Source of the DNA: Chiloscyllium plagiosum
Taxonomy: Eukaryota
Direction: 5' to 3'
DNA: 64,000 nt
NCBI RefSeq assembly: GCF_004010195.1
Contig: NC_057759.1
Coordinates: 2,107,237-2,171,236, forward strand
The notes beneath the pieces are model-generated. The model worked only from the letters and a program-made list of their open reading frames with translations. It made no database searches and was not told the origin of the DNA. Both the position numbers and the translations under genes were made by a program. Every line of letters begins with the position of its first letter. Position 1 is the first letter of the stretch. Of the stretch, positions 13,472 to 24,808 are shown in pieces.

Positions 13472-14606
13472 ACTAATTAGTGAGAGGACGATATTAGAAT
13501 AGACAGGAAGAACCTATTTTCTTTGGCAGAGAGTTCAAAAACCAGGGGTCACAGATTCAAGCCAAGTGGCTGTAGGATTGGATGATAAATGAGGTAAAAT
13601 GTTGTTCATGCAGAAAGTGGTGGGTAGTTGGAATTCGCTGCCTAATTTGGTGTTGCAGACAGAGACCCTAAATTTTTTTAAACAAAAATTCCCTGGAACT
13701 GCACCTCAAGTGTTGTAAACTGCGTGGTTATGGGCTGTGGCAGGAAAGCGGGATGAGAACCTGGGTGTGTTGGCTTTAGCATGGACAAGATGGGCTGAAT
13801 GCCATCCAATGCTGTATTATTTTTATGATTCTCTAGTTATCAATCAGACCCAGTCAGTCCCTGCTGTGTGAAAATGTAAATATATTTACCATATACTGAA
13901 AGTTACAGTTTGATAACTACACCTACGCATTCACCAAACAGGAACTGACAGGTATAGATCAACAACTAAACTTACACATCCACATACTCGCTTGCATCAG
14001 GTGGCCCCATTCATGAAGCTGTATGGGTGTTGTTTAGTTTCTGAATCTCACTCAATGGGTTTTAGAATTTTAAGAAAAAATGGACAAGGAGCAGCTCAGA
14101 GCAGGAGTGGAATCAGACCCGTGGTTCTGTTTAAATTTCTGGCTTTAAACAAAAAAAATCATAATGATCACTAACTGAATGTTACATTGATGTTGCCAAT
14201 CACAGCTGATGTTGAATTACAGGAGGTATCTCCTCTATCTTCCTCCAGGCAAGTACTCAAAGAACCAAGACAATGTAATATTCCCTCGGTACAGAGCCAC
14301 GTGTGACCAGCTGCTTCGAACAAACAGCAGGTATGTTACCGCTATCAGAGTGAAGAACATCCTTTCCACAGTCACAGAATGGATTGAGTCAGACTCACAG
14401 AGCTCTATTTCCAGAGAGACATGTTCAAACCAAGAGTCAAACACCACCAAGGAAGAAGTTGTTTATATTTTTTAATCTATATTCTCAATGCATGCTACCC
14501 AGTTCCAATCAATTTGAAAAGAATCCTCATCCGAAATATACACTGCATTAAATCTGAACATTGAACCACTCTCCACGTCCTTCCTGTAATGTGGCGACCA
14601 TAATTG

Positions 14607-15330
14607 AAAAATCACAATGCCAGATTATAGTCCAGCAGGTTAATTTGGAAATACTAGCTTTCAGAGCGCTGCTCCTTCATCAGGTAGCTGTGAAACAGGA
14701 TCATGAGACACAGAATTTATAGCTAAAGGTTACAATGTCATGCAACTGAAATTATATATTGAATAAATCTGGATTGTTAAGTTTTTCATCTTTTAAAATG
14801 GGCTGCAAGTTTCTGTTCATTAAATGTATATATCCCAGAACTTCTTTAAGTCACATTCTCAAGATGTCTTCAGGTTTTATTTAATAAAGGGTGACATCTC
14901 AGCTCAGGCAATATATTAAAGGTGTGAGGTTAGAGTCTGTCTGTATCCCAATCTTGAGTCAGACTGGCTCTATCATCAAAATAGAAATTTATAAAGTACT
15001 ACATCAATTAACTGCCTGCAGGTTGTGCTCTTTTTGAGTAAAATAGAACGAATCTGCAAATTCACCCCATAGACGTGTGTGTGCGCATGACTGCGCCTGC
15101 GAACGTGTGTGTGTGTGCACGCTTGATAAAGTGTGCGTATGAGTGTGATGGTGTCAGCCTGTGAGTGGGTGTGTGCATGGGTCTGAGTGTGGGAGTTGTA
15201 TGCATGTATGTATGTGGGGAACTGTGTGGGTGAGAGGGGGTCTGCATGAGTGTGTGTGAGTGAGTGTGTAGTGTGCCAGGAACCCAAGATCCCAATTCGA
15301 GGCTGTCCTCATGGGTTCTGAACTTTAGTA
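14607..15330 (-). mobile_element. Penelope-like element 3' end with (CA)n-rich UTR and hammerhead (14652-14686)
   Basis: Reverse complement encodes a KFRTHED...DLGFLAHY-like C-terminus; tac-CTGATGA-aggagc-agc-gctct-GAAAGCTA-gta. Confidence 0.7.
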
Positions 15331-16279
15331 AGGATACTTTTCACTTTATAATAGAGGTGAACAAATAGACAATGCTGTTAGTTTGAACAACCATATACGA
15401 AGTCGATCATGAGTACAGATATTGAAGGAAACATTTCAGCTATCAGGAACAGAGAAGGACAGAATTAATCTTTTGTCACAATACTCTAAGTATGACCTAA
15501 CCAAAGTCTTATAAAGCTGCAATAAGATATCCTGACTCTTGCACTCAATTCCCCAACAAATAAGGCAAGCATGCTAGACACCTTCCTCCAGATACCACCC
15601 TATTGACTTGCATAGCCACTTTCAGGGAGCTATAGACTTGATCCCCAAGATCCATCTGTACATCAACTACTTTCAGAGTCCAGCCATTTACTATATATGT
15701 TTCCTTAACATTTGATCTCCCAAAGTCCAGCATCTTACACTTTGCCAGATTAAGCTCATCTGCCGTTGGTGAGTTTTGAGAAAATTTGTAGCTCAGGTTG
15801 AGGCTTTGGTTGTAGGTTTGCTCACTGAGCTTCAAGATTCATTTCCAGACATTTCATTATCCTACTAGATAACATCTTCAGCGGGCCTCAGGCGAAGCAA
15901 TGCTGAAAATTCCTGCTTTCTATCTATATGTTTAGGAGTCTTTGGTTTGGTGGTGCCATTTCCTGTGGTGAAGTCACTTCCTGTTCCTTTTATCAGGGGG
16001 TGGTAGATAGGGTCTAACTCTGTGTTTGTTGATAGATTTCCGGTTGGAATGCCATGCTTCTAGGAATTCTTGCACGTGTCTTTGTTTGGCTTGCCCTAGG
16101 ATGGTTGTGTTGTTCCAGCCGAAGTGGTGTCCTTCCTCCTCTGAATGTGAGGATACTAATGAGAGAGGGTCATGTCTTTTTGTGGCTAGTTGTGTTCTTG
16201 TATCCTGGTGGCTAGTTTCCGGCCTGCTTGTCCAATGTAGTGATTGTTAGTCCTTGCACGGTATTTTGTTCATGACATT

Positions 16280-16830
16280 ATAGAGTCATAGACATGTACA
16301 ACATGGAAACAGACCCTTCGGTACAACCCATCCATGTCGATCAGATATCCCAACCCAACGTAGTCCCATCTGCCAGCACCCAGCCCATATCCCTCCAAAC
16401 CCTTCCTATTCATATACCTGTCCAAATACCTCTTAAATGTTACAATTGTGCCAGCCTTCACCACTTTCTCTGCCAGCTCATTTCATACTCATACCACCAT
16501 CTGCGTGAAAAAGTTGCCCCTTAAGTCTCTTTTATATCTTTCCCCTCTCACCCTAAACCTACGCCCTCTAGTTCTGGACTCCCTGACCCCAGGGAAAAGA
16601 CTTTGCCTATTTATCCTATCCATGCTCCTCATTATTTTGTAAACCTCTATAAGGTCACCCCTCAGCCTCTGACGCTCCAGGGAAAACAGCCCCTGCCTGT
16701 TAAGCCTCCCCCATAGCTCAAATCCTCCAACACTGGCAATATCTTTGTAAATCTTTTCCGAACCCTTTCAAGTTTCACAACATCTTTCCGATAGGAAGGA
16801 GACCAGAATTGCAGCGATATTCCAACAGTA
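16280..16830 (-). mobile_element. CR1 LINE 3' end nested in the Penelope element
   Basis: QFWSPSYRKDVVKLERV; ctatgactcta tail. Confidence 0.9.
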
Positions 16831-16987
16831 TTAGTTTTGCTTGTTGTCTGTATAAGGTCTTTCAAGTTCATGAGCTGCTGTTTTAGTGTCTGTTGGGTTT
16901 GTGGGCTACCATGATGCCAAGGAGTCTGCCTAGTCTGGCAGTAATTTCTGAGATATCTTTGATGTAGGAGACAGTGGGTGGGGTTTC

Positions 16988-17394
16988 TGGACATGTTTTG
17001 TCTGCTTGTTTGGGTTAGTTGCTGAGAAATTGACGGACTTGTTCATTGGGTACCCATTCTTTTTGAACACACGGTATCAGTGATTTTTCTCCGCTCTGCG
17101 TAGTTCCTCTGTGCTGCAGTGTGTGTTGGCTCATTGAAATAATGTTCTGATGCAGCTCGTTTGTGGGTGTTGGGATGATTGCTTCTGTAGTGGACATGTT
17201 TTGTCTGTTTGTTTGGGTTAGTTGCTGAGAAATTGATGGACTTGTTCATTGGGTACCCATTCTTTTTGAACACACGGTATCAGTGATTTTTCTCCGCTCT
17301 GCGTAGTTCCTCTGTGCTGCAGTGTGTGTTGGCTCATTGAAATAATGTTCTGATGCAGCTCGTTTGTGGGTGTTGGGATGATTGCTTCTGTAGT
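16988..17394. repeat. 203-bp near-perfect tandem duplication
   Basis: tggacatgttttgtctg... at 16988 and 17191. Confidence 0.95.
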
Positions 17395-20300
17395 TCAATA
17401 TTTGGTCTGTACATGTTTTTCTGTAGATGCTGGTTTGAAGCTCCCCATTTGCTGTTTGCTCTAGTGTGACTTCTAGGAATGGCAGTTTGTTCTTGTTTTC
17501 TTCTTTTTAGTGAATTTTATGCCGATAGGGGTATTATTGATGGTCTTGAAGGTTTCCGCTAACATGTTTCATTTAGTGATGACAAAGGTGTCATCCACGT
17601 AGCGGACCCAAAGTTTGGGTTGGATGGTTGGCAGAGCTGTTTGCTCAAGTCACTGCATTACTGCCTTTGATAAGAACCCTGATATTGGATATCCCATGGG
17701 TGTTCCATTGGTTTGTCTGTAGGGTTGTTGTTGTTGAAGGTGAAGTGGCTGGTAAGGCATAGGTCCATTAGCTTGATAATATTCTCCTTGTTGAAGTTTG
17801 TGGTGTTTGATATGTGTCTTTGCATCTTCTAATAGTGTAGTCAGTGTTTCCCTGGCCAGGTTAATGTTGATTGAAGTAAACAGGGCTGTTACATAAAAGG
17901 AGACCAATATTTCATCCTCTTCTACCTTAGTGTCTTTAATGGTCTTCAGGAATTCTTGGGTGGAGTGGTGAGAGTTTTCTACTAAGTGTTTTAGACTTTG
18001 GTGTAGCTCCTTGGCCAATCTGTAAGTTGGTGTTCCAGGTAGTAAGACGATGGGTCTGAGGGGGAGCTCCTGGTTTGTGAATTTTGGGTAATCCGTAGAA
18101 TCGTGGTGTGTTGAATCCATCTGGTTTCATTTTTTTTTAAGTCCGTCTTATTTATTCCTCCAGATTTCTGGAGTTTTCTTTGAGTGGGGCTGTGATTCAG
18201 TTCTCCAGTTATGGAGTCAGGTCTATCACCCTTTGTTAGTAAGTATTGGTATCTGTAAGTAGTGCATTTGCTTTCTTAATGTAGTCTCTTCGATTTAGAA
18301 TGATTGTCAAGGGTCCTTTGTTTGCAGTTAGGATAACAATGTTTTTATCTTTTTTTTAGTCTTTCCAGTGCTTTCCTTTCTTGTGTATTGAGTGTGTTTT
18401 CTTCCTTTTTCCTGCCACTCCCTGAGAAAAGAACAGGAAGTGACTTCACCACAGAAAATGGCATTACCAACCCAAAGAAACCCAAACATATAAATAGAAA
18501 GCAAGAACTTTCAGCATTGCTTTGCCTGAGGCCCAATGAAGATGTTACCTATTAGGATAACAAAATGTCTGGAAATGAATCTTGCAGCTCAGCGATCAAT
18601 CTGCCGTTTTTCCGGCCATATCCTCCTGTATCCTTTGACAAGCTTCCACACTACCCACAAGTCCATCAGTCTTTATGTCGTCTGCATTTAGTAACGATAA
18701 TTTTAATGTTACAATTAAGGCAAACAAATGGCTGATGTGATTACTTTGAGCAACCATATGTAAAATAGATATTGAGTACAAATTTATATTGAAGGAAACA
18801 TTTCAGCTCTCAGGAATTGACAGTGATGGAATTAATCTTTTGTCATGTATATAAACATAGCAATCAAATAACATGAATTCTAAATGCACATTCTCTGCAA
18901 AGCCTGACATAGAATGATTACTGTGTAGGTATGTAACCAATTGTTGCCCCCCAACCTCCCAACACACACACTGTCTCTATCTCTCTGACTTACTTTCCAA
19001 TGTCTAACTGCCTTGCAGTTCAAATGACATTGCAAGTAACAGAAAATGTTACATTCAAAATTATTTCTACCCACAAATCCTTTGTCAGAGAGTGAGAGGC
19101 TGACAGCACAGAATCAGGCCCTTCAAAACTTTTGAGTCTGTACCGATCAGAAACAACCAGCTAACAATTTTCATCCTGATCAGCTAGCATCTATTTGCAT
19201 AAATGTATCACTGTAGCATAGAAGCTGCCATCCCCATCTTTGTCACAACATCATTCACCATTTCTTCATATTGCAGTAGAAGACTTTGTTTTGTCTGTTT
19301 CAGTCCAACCAGAAACTTTTTAACAGATAATTATGTACTACTTTCAAAATTAGTTGCAATTATTTACAAAGAGCTCTGCATTCGTCCTATCCCTCCCGAG
19401 GATGTATCAATAAAATGCATGAGATCTGGCTGCAATTTCACAATTCATCAATGGAATCTAATAACCACCCTTCAAAGCAGTGGAGAAAGGGGGGGATAAA
19501 AGCCAAAATCGGTAGGTTTGTAAAACTGCTCATTTTATTATCAAGTAGAGTTGAACAGTGTTGATTATTCCATAAATTGAATTTGATAATTTACATATTC
19601 TGCACTGCGTGACAAAAAATAAAAATCCTTTTCCTTTCCTCCTTCCTACTATAGAGTAACACAAGAGTACTGTTAATGGTACATCATCACACTACAGAGC
19701 AGGGTAATGTTCTGTCTACATCAGAAAAAAAGTGAATTAGCCAATTGTCTTTTCTGTACAAGGAACATTATGGTCAGTCAGCTCCAATGCAATTGAATTG
19801 TTTGTCACCCTTTCACTTAGTTGCAAATGAATTCAGTTTACACTGATTGTTAGTTCAGCAGTGTTCAGAAAAGTACATCAATATGCACTGAAACAAAACT
19901 AATGGCATTCTGAAGACGAACATTTTATATCAATACTGCTGTTAGATTCTGCATTATACAAGATACAAAAGGTTCATTGTGTATCCTACCTTGACTCTGA
20001 AGAACAGCACAAAATCCTTTCTTTTGGAGTGTGTTACGTTTTCACTACACGTGATTCCTACAGGCACTAACAATTAAAGAACTTTGGCTGTTTCCCATCC
20101 ACTATAGGAGACATCAACTGAGTTACAGAGTGGCAACATAAGAGCAAACTCACTCTCACTCAGCCACTAGATGCTGAAAGGAAAAGAATAAAATTAGGCC
20201 TGAATTATTTCCAGATACGTATTGACTCTCAACATTACTTATCACAGCTGAGGATGTGCAGTGCCCAGCAGCGCTTGATAAAATCTACTATACAGGCATG

Positions 20301-21447
20301 CACACACAATGTAACAATAATCTGAGACTGAAATGCAATACAATTAAGCATCATTGAAAAGAGTTTATTTACAGAGTTTATGCTACACAAACCCACAACT
20401 GAACATAAGTGAACGAGATCAAGTAAATCTCCAATGAACCCTCTCCACAGCTTGAGAATACTGCCTTAAAAAAAGTCCCCAGAACTGAACACAAATGAGA
20501 TCTGACCAATGATCTGTGATTGAGATTGTGGGAAACATATCAAAACTAGCACTATAGTTATTAAAAGTCGGATGACAGCAGAACTGATGCCGCATTCTCC
20601 TTTCCATAGAGACACTGACAACAAGTGGATGAAGTTCACATTCCCAACAATTACTACAGAACTGATGCATAACAGGATGTTCCAGTACAGACACAATAGG
20701 CTGAATGGTCTGCTTCTGAGCTGTGCCATAGCAGTGACTCTGATTTTGATGAGAAAGTAGATGACATGCTGTTGTGTTGCATATTTGTATGAAAAATATC
20801 AGACAGAAATGGACTGACATGTAGAATAAAACTCTCTTTCACAAAATAAACACCAACAATGTCTGGGTACAAATTAAAACTAAATGTCTCAGTGATACCA
20901 CAGATCCCAGACTCTCTACCCAAACAGGAAATGCGTGACCAAATTCAGAATGGTTCTCAGAATAAAGCAGTTTCCCTTCTGCCATTGCCCTTTCTCCTTT
21001 CTCCCCCACCCACCCCGACAGACTGACAGTCAACTAAAAAAAATCAGAAAATGCGGAAAAGATGAAGATCCAGTCTCAACACCCTCATAACAAATATCAC
21101 AGAATGTATCACATAAACACAGAGAATATTACTAGCTTCCACTTTGATACACAAGAGTGGAACCTGACAAGTGCACTCATTCATGTTGCAGAAATAGACA
21201 AACAAATGATGACGGCACAGTTACTGTGATGCAAATCTGGGACAAATAGTCTCCATCGGTCAGTTTCTCTCAACTTAAGTCTCACACTCGCATTGCAATA
21301 ACTGTCAGGGACAGATTAACAACTACACTCTCATTCACGAAGCTAAAACTGACAGGAACAGAATTCACAGAGCACAGTCTCACAGGTACATATTAGTACC
21401 TGCACTGTTCACATTCATCAAACTGGGTCTGACAGGTAGAAATCGAT

Positions 21448-21542
21448 GGGTCCTGATGAAGGGCTTTTGCCCGAAACGTCGATTTTGCTGCTCGTCGGAT
21501 GCTGCCTGAATTGCTGTGCTCTTCCAGCACCACTGATCCAGA
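21448..21542 (+). ncRNA. 95-bp insertion carrying an intact minimal type-I hammerhead ribozyme core
   Basis: CTGATGA(21453)-a-gggc-tttt-gccc-GAAA-C-GTC(21480); perfect 14-bp TSD aggtagaaatcgat. Confidence 0.75.
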
Positions 21543-21789
21543 AGGTAGAAATCGATATTTAAGTTCACATATTGACAAGGCAGAGATTGAGGGGCATAGA
21601 TTGGTAACTGCATTCACATACTGATAGGAGAAATTGACAAGTACAGATTAATATTGACAGTCTCAATTCACAGAGCAGGAACAGACTGGTAAGTCCACTC
21701 ACATTCACAATCGGGGAAACGGACAGGGAGCGATTGATAGTTACATGCATATAGAAAAGTAACTGACATTGATAACTACATTGGTTATA

Positions 21790-22620
21790 TAAATGATTAG
21801 GAGTGGGTGTTGAGGATATAATTTTTGAATTTGCAGTTGATACTGACCCAGGGAGATGAGTGATTGGGAGGATGATGCTGAGTGACTTCACAGGGAGATT
21901 GACAATTTGGCCAAATGGACAGATATTTGGCAATTAATTCCAATGCAGAGAAATGTGAGGTAATGCATTTGCTACCAGAAACACAGAGCAACAATGCAGG
22001 GTCAATGGTACGTCTTTGAAGGGAGCACTGGAGCAGAGGGACCTCGGGGTTATCATTCTCTTAAGTTGGCCAGGCAAGCTGAAACCTTTGTGAAGAAGGC
22101 TGATAGGATCCTTGTGGTTATAGAGGCATTGAGTATAAAACTGAGGAAACGATGCTACACCTCTAAAAATCATTGGTCAGATCGGTTTTGTTCATTTCTG
22201 GGCTTTTATTTAAGATAGGAACATCAAGCTCTGGAGAGCATTCATTGAAGATTTACTAGAATGATAGCAGGAATGCATAATTTTACATACAAGGAAAGAT
22301 TAGTGATATCAGGCTCCTTTTCCTTGGAGCAGAGAAGATTAAGAGGGGAACCTTATGGAGGTGTTCAAAATTATGCAGAATTTTGCCATGGGAAAGAAGA
22401 ATATTTTGTTACCAATAGTTGGTAAGTCAATAACTCAGGGTCACAATTTCAAGATTGTCAGTAAGAGAGCTAGGTGTGAGATGAGGAGAAACGTCTTTCC
22501 ACAGAGTTGTTAGAATTTGGATGTGCAGCCTGGGATCATGGTGGAGGTAGATTCCATATGAGGTATGAAAAGAGAGCTGGATGTGATGAAATTAGAGGGC
22601 AATGAAGAGAGGGCTGGAAA
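21790..22620 (+). mobile_element. Old CR1 LINE 3' fragment
   Basis: Degenerate FADDT...WQ..FN..KC..HF and gagcagagaagattaagagggga 3' motifs. Confidence 0.75.
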
Positions 22621-23134
22621 ACAATCCCACCTTGAATTATTTCCAGCTGACGACAATTTAAACAAAAGATGGAAAGTACAGCATAAAATCTGAAATCTCT
22701 GCCATCAACAGTTAGATTGTGCTACAACGGGATCAACTGACACACTGAGGGTTGTGGGAGAGACAATTATGCAGATGGTTTCTCAAGACAAGTCCATCTT
22801 TGGAACTGACATCTTGCTGAGTGAATTGAGACAAAGCCGAGCTGAGTCACAGAAACGTGACATTGCTCTGCCTTCTCTCCCTTGTCCTCCTTATTTGCTG
22901 GAAGGTAGGATTGCTATTGATCGATTTGTGAAGCTTCACAGGCTTTCTTCTGTACTGTCTCACAATGTCCATGGAAGCCTGGCATAAACGTTTCCCTCTT
23001 CATCTTGACCTGGTTCCTCATCCTCTCCTGTAAATTTGTGCCTCAAGCTGGCGTATGTGAAGAAGGGTGGTTGCTGTTCCACTTGGTCAGCCTGAACACA
23101 GGTCAACACTGAAACGTAGTAGATAGGATCAGGA

Positions 23135-23975
23135 CCAAAATTGTTGGCGTTGTGGACAGAGAAGGTGATCGAAGAGTACAATGGAAATTTGATCAACTGG
23201 GCCAGTGGATCACGGAGTAGCAGAAGAAGTTTAATTTAGATAAATGGGAGTGTTGCATTTTGGTAAGGCAAACCAGGGCAGGACCTATACCGTTCATTGT
23301 ACAAGTCTGGGAAGTGTTTCCGAACAAACAGACCTAGGGCGTGCATGTGGATAGTTCCTTGAATGTGGCCTTGCAGCTAGACACAATGGTGAAGGCAGCG
23401 TTTGGCATGCTTGCCTTCATTAGTCAGAGCATTGACGACAGGAGTTGGGGCATCATGTTACAGCTATACAGGATGTTGGTGAGGCCACTTTTAGAACACT
23501 GTGTACAGTTCTGGTCAACATGCTGTGGAAAGGATGTTCTTCAGCTCAAAAGGGCACAGAAAACATTTTCAAAGATGTTACCACGACTGTAGGGTTTGAG
23601 CTTTAAGAAGAAGCTGCATAATCTGGGAGTTTTTCTCCCCTGAAGCATCAGAAGCTGAGGGGTGACCTCATAGAGGTTATAAAATCACGAGATAAAAGCT
23701 GTGGTCTTTTACCCAGGGAAGGGGTGTCCAAAACAAGTGGGCATAGGTTTAAGGTGAGAGGGAAAGATTAAAAAGGGATCTGAGAGGCAAACTTATCACA
23801 CAGAGGATGCTGCCAGAGAAAGTGGTAGAGGCAAGTGATTTCAGAGACATTTGGAAAGGGACATGGATAAGAAAAGTTGAGAGAGATATGGGCCAAATGC
23901 AGACAAATGGGACTAGTTGAGTTTGGGAAACCTGGTCAGCTTGGGCTGAGGGGCCTGTTTCTGTGCTGTATGACT
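23135..23975 (+). mobile_element. CR1 LINE 3' fragment
   Basis: AFGMLAFISQSI...LVRPLLEHCVQFWS; ctgtatgact tail. Confidence 0.88.
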
Positions 23976-24600
23976 GAATTTGAATGGAAATAACAAACTT
24001 TGCCTGAAAGACAATCAGAATGTACAGGAGGAGCTGTGAATATGTGGGGTCATTATACAGACCAATTTGTCTTGGCAAAGCACATGATTAGAACAAGTCA
24101 AAAACTGATTCTGACACATGTTATTTCTCTGTACTCTGAACAGGATGTGGTCATCTCTGCCAAGGTGGGAAGTGGATGGAATTCCGAAATGTCCTTGAAC
24201 CAATCAACTTGCTCAGCCAGAAGGCAGTGAAGAGTTTGCAAAGGGTTAGGAATCACGTGCAGAGCAGAGTGGGTAAGGAGGTCAGATTTCATTCCCTGAA
24301 GGACCATCACAGACCGGAACAGGAGAAGGCCATTCATTTAATAGCATTGTGGCTGATGCCCCATTCCTCACACTCACTTTGCTGCACTTAACATGTAACC
24401 CTCAATTCCTCGACTGATCAAGAATCTATCTATCCCTGCCTTAAACCTGCTCCCTGCCCCCACACACAGCTCTCTCTGGCAATGAGTTCCAAAGACTCAC
24501 AACCCTCTGAGAGAAGAAATTCCTCCTCACCTCAGTCTTCAATTTTGAACCAGATGGTTGTTTGTTCCTGACAACAGTCATCATTAGAGTCTTAACTCGT

Positions 24601-24808
24601 GGGCAGTACAGTGGCACAGTGGTTAGCACTGCTGCCTCACAGCGCCACAGACCCGGGTTCAATTCCCACCTCAGTTTACACATTCTCCCTGTGTGTGCTT
24701 GGGCAAAGAAGGGGTGAATGTGCAAACTCCCAATAGACAGTCATCCGCAGTTGGAATTGTTGATGGGTCCCTGGTGCTGTGAAGCAGCATTGCTAACCAC
24801 TGTGCCAC
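24601..24808. mobile_element. Two HE1-type (V-SINE) tRNA-derived SINE heads in inverted orientation
   Basis: gtggcacagtggttagcactgctgcctcacagcgcca (24611) and its reverse complement ending at 24808; A and B boxes visible. Confidence 0.85.

Larger units (their letters stand above)
12774..13830 (+). mobile_element. CR1 LINE RT fragment, interrupted
   Basis: HGIQGNVLNWIQSWL...GSVL...KFADNTKIG. Confidence 0.85.
15768..18598 (-). mobile_element. Penelope-like retroelement (decayed RT + GIY-YIG) with inverted terminal repeat
   Basis: PRFYGLPKIHKPG, LRPIV, VTALFTSI, QTNGTPMG.PISG, RYVDD; endonuclease remnant ~16000-16270; 15818-15986 inverted at 18431-18599; TSD atctgccgtt. Confidence 0.92.
15478..18690 (-). 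mobile_element. CR1 fragment hosting the Penelope insertion (15478-15767 and 18599-18690)
   Basis: KCKMLDFGRSN...DLG and ADDIKTDGLVGS RT peptides are colinear across the insertion. Confidence 0.8.

Noticed and set aside
14976-15295. His/Thr-rich ORFs
   Set aside because: Translation of a degenerate (CA)n tract in a PLE 3' region
19989-20174. Minus-strand exon-like segment with good acceptor and donor
   Set aside because: Stops in all three frames and no recognisable homology; cannot be supported without RNA data
20500-21800. Recurring actgacag/aacaga words resembling the H2B upstream region
   Set aside because: Matches are too short and no periodicity could be established by eye
22754-23110. 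Short ORFs in non-repeat-looking sequence
   Set aside because: No recognisable protein motif in the frames I read
24601-24670. tRNA-like sequences (also ~28710, ~46810, ~53010)
   Set aside because: These are SINE heads followed by SINE bodies, with no complete cloverleaf
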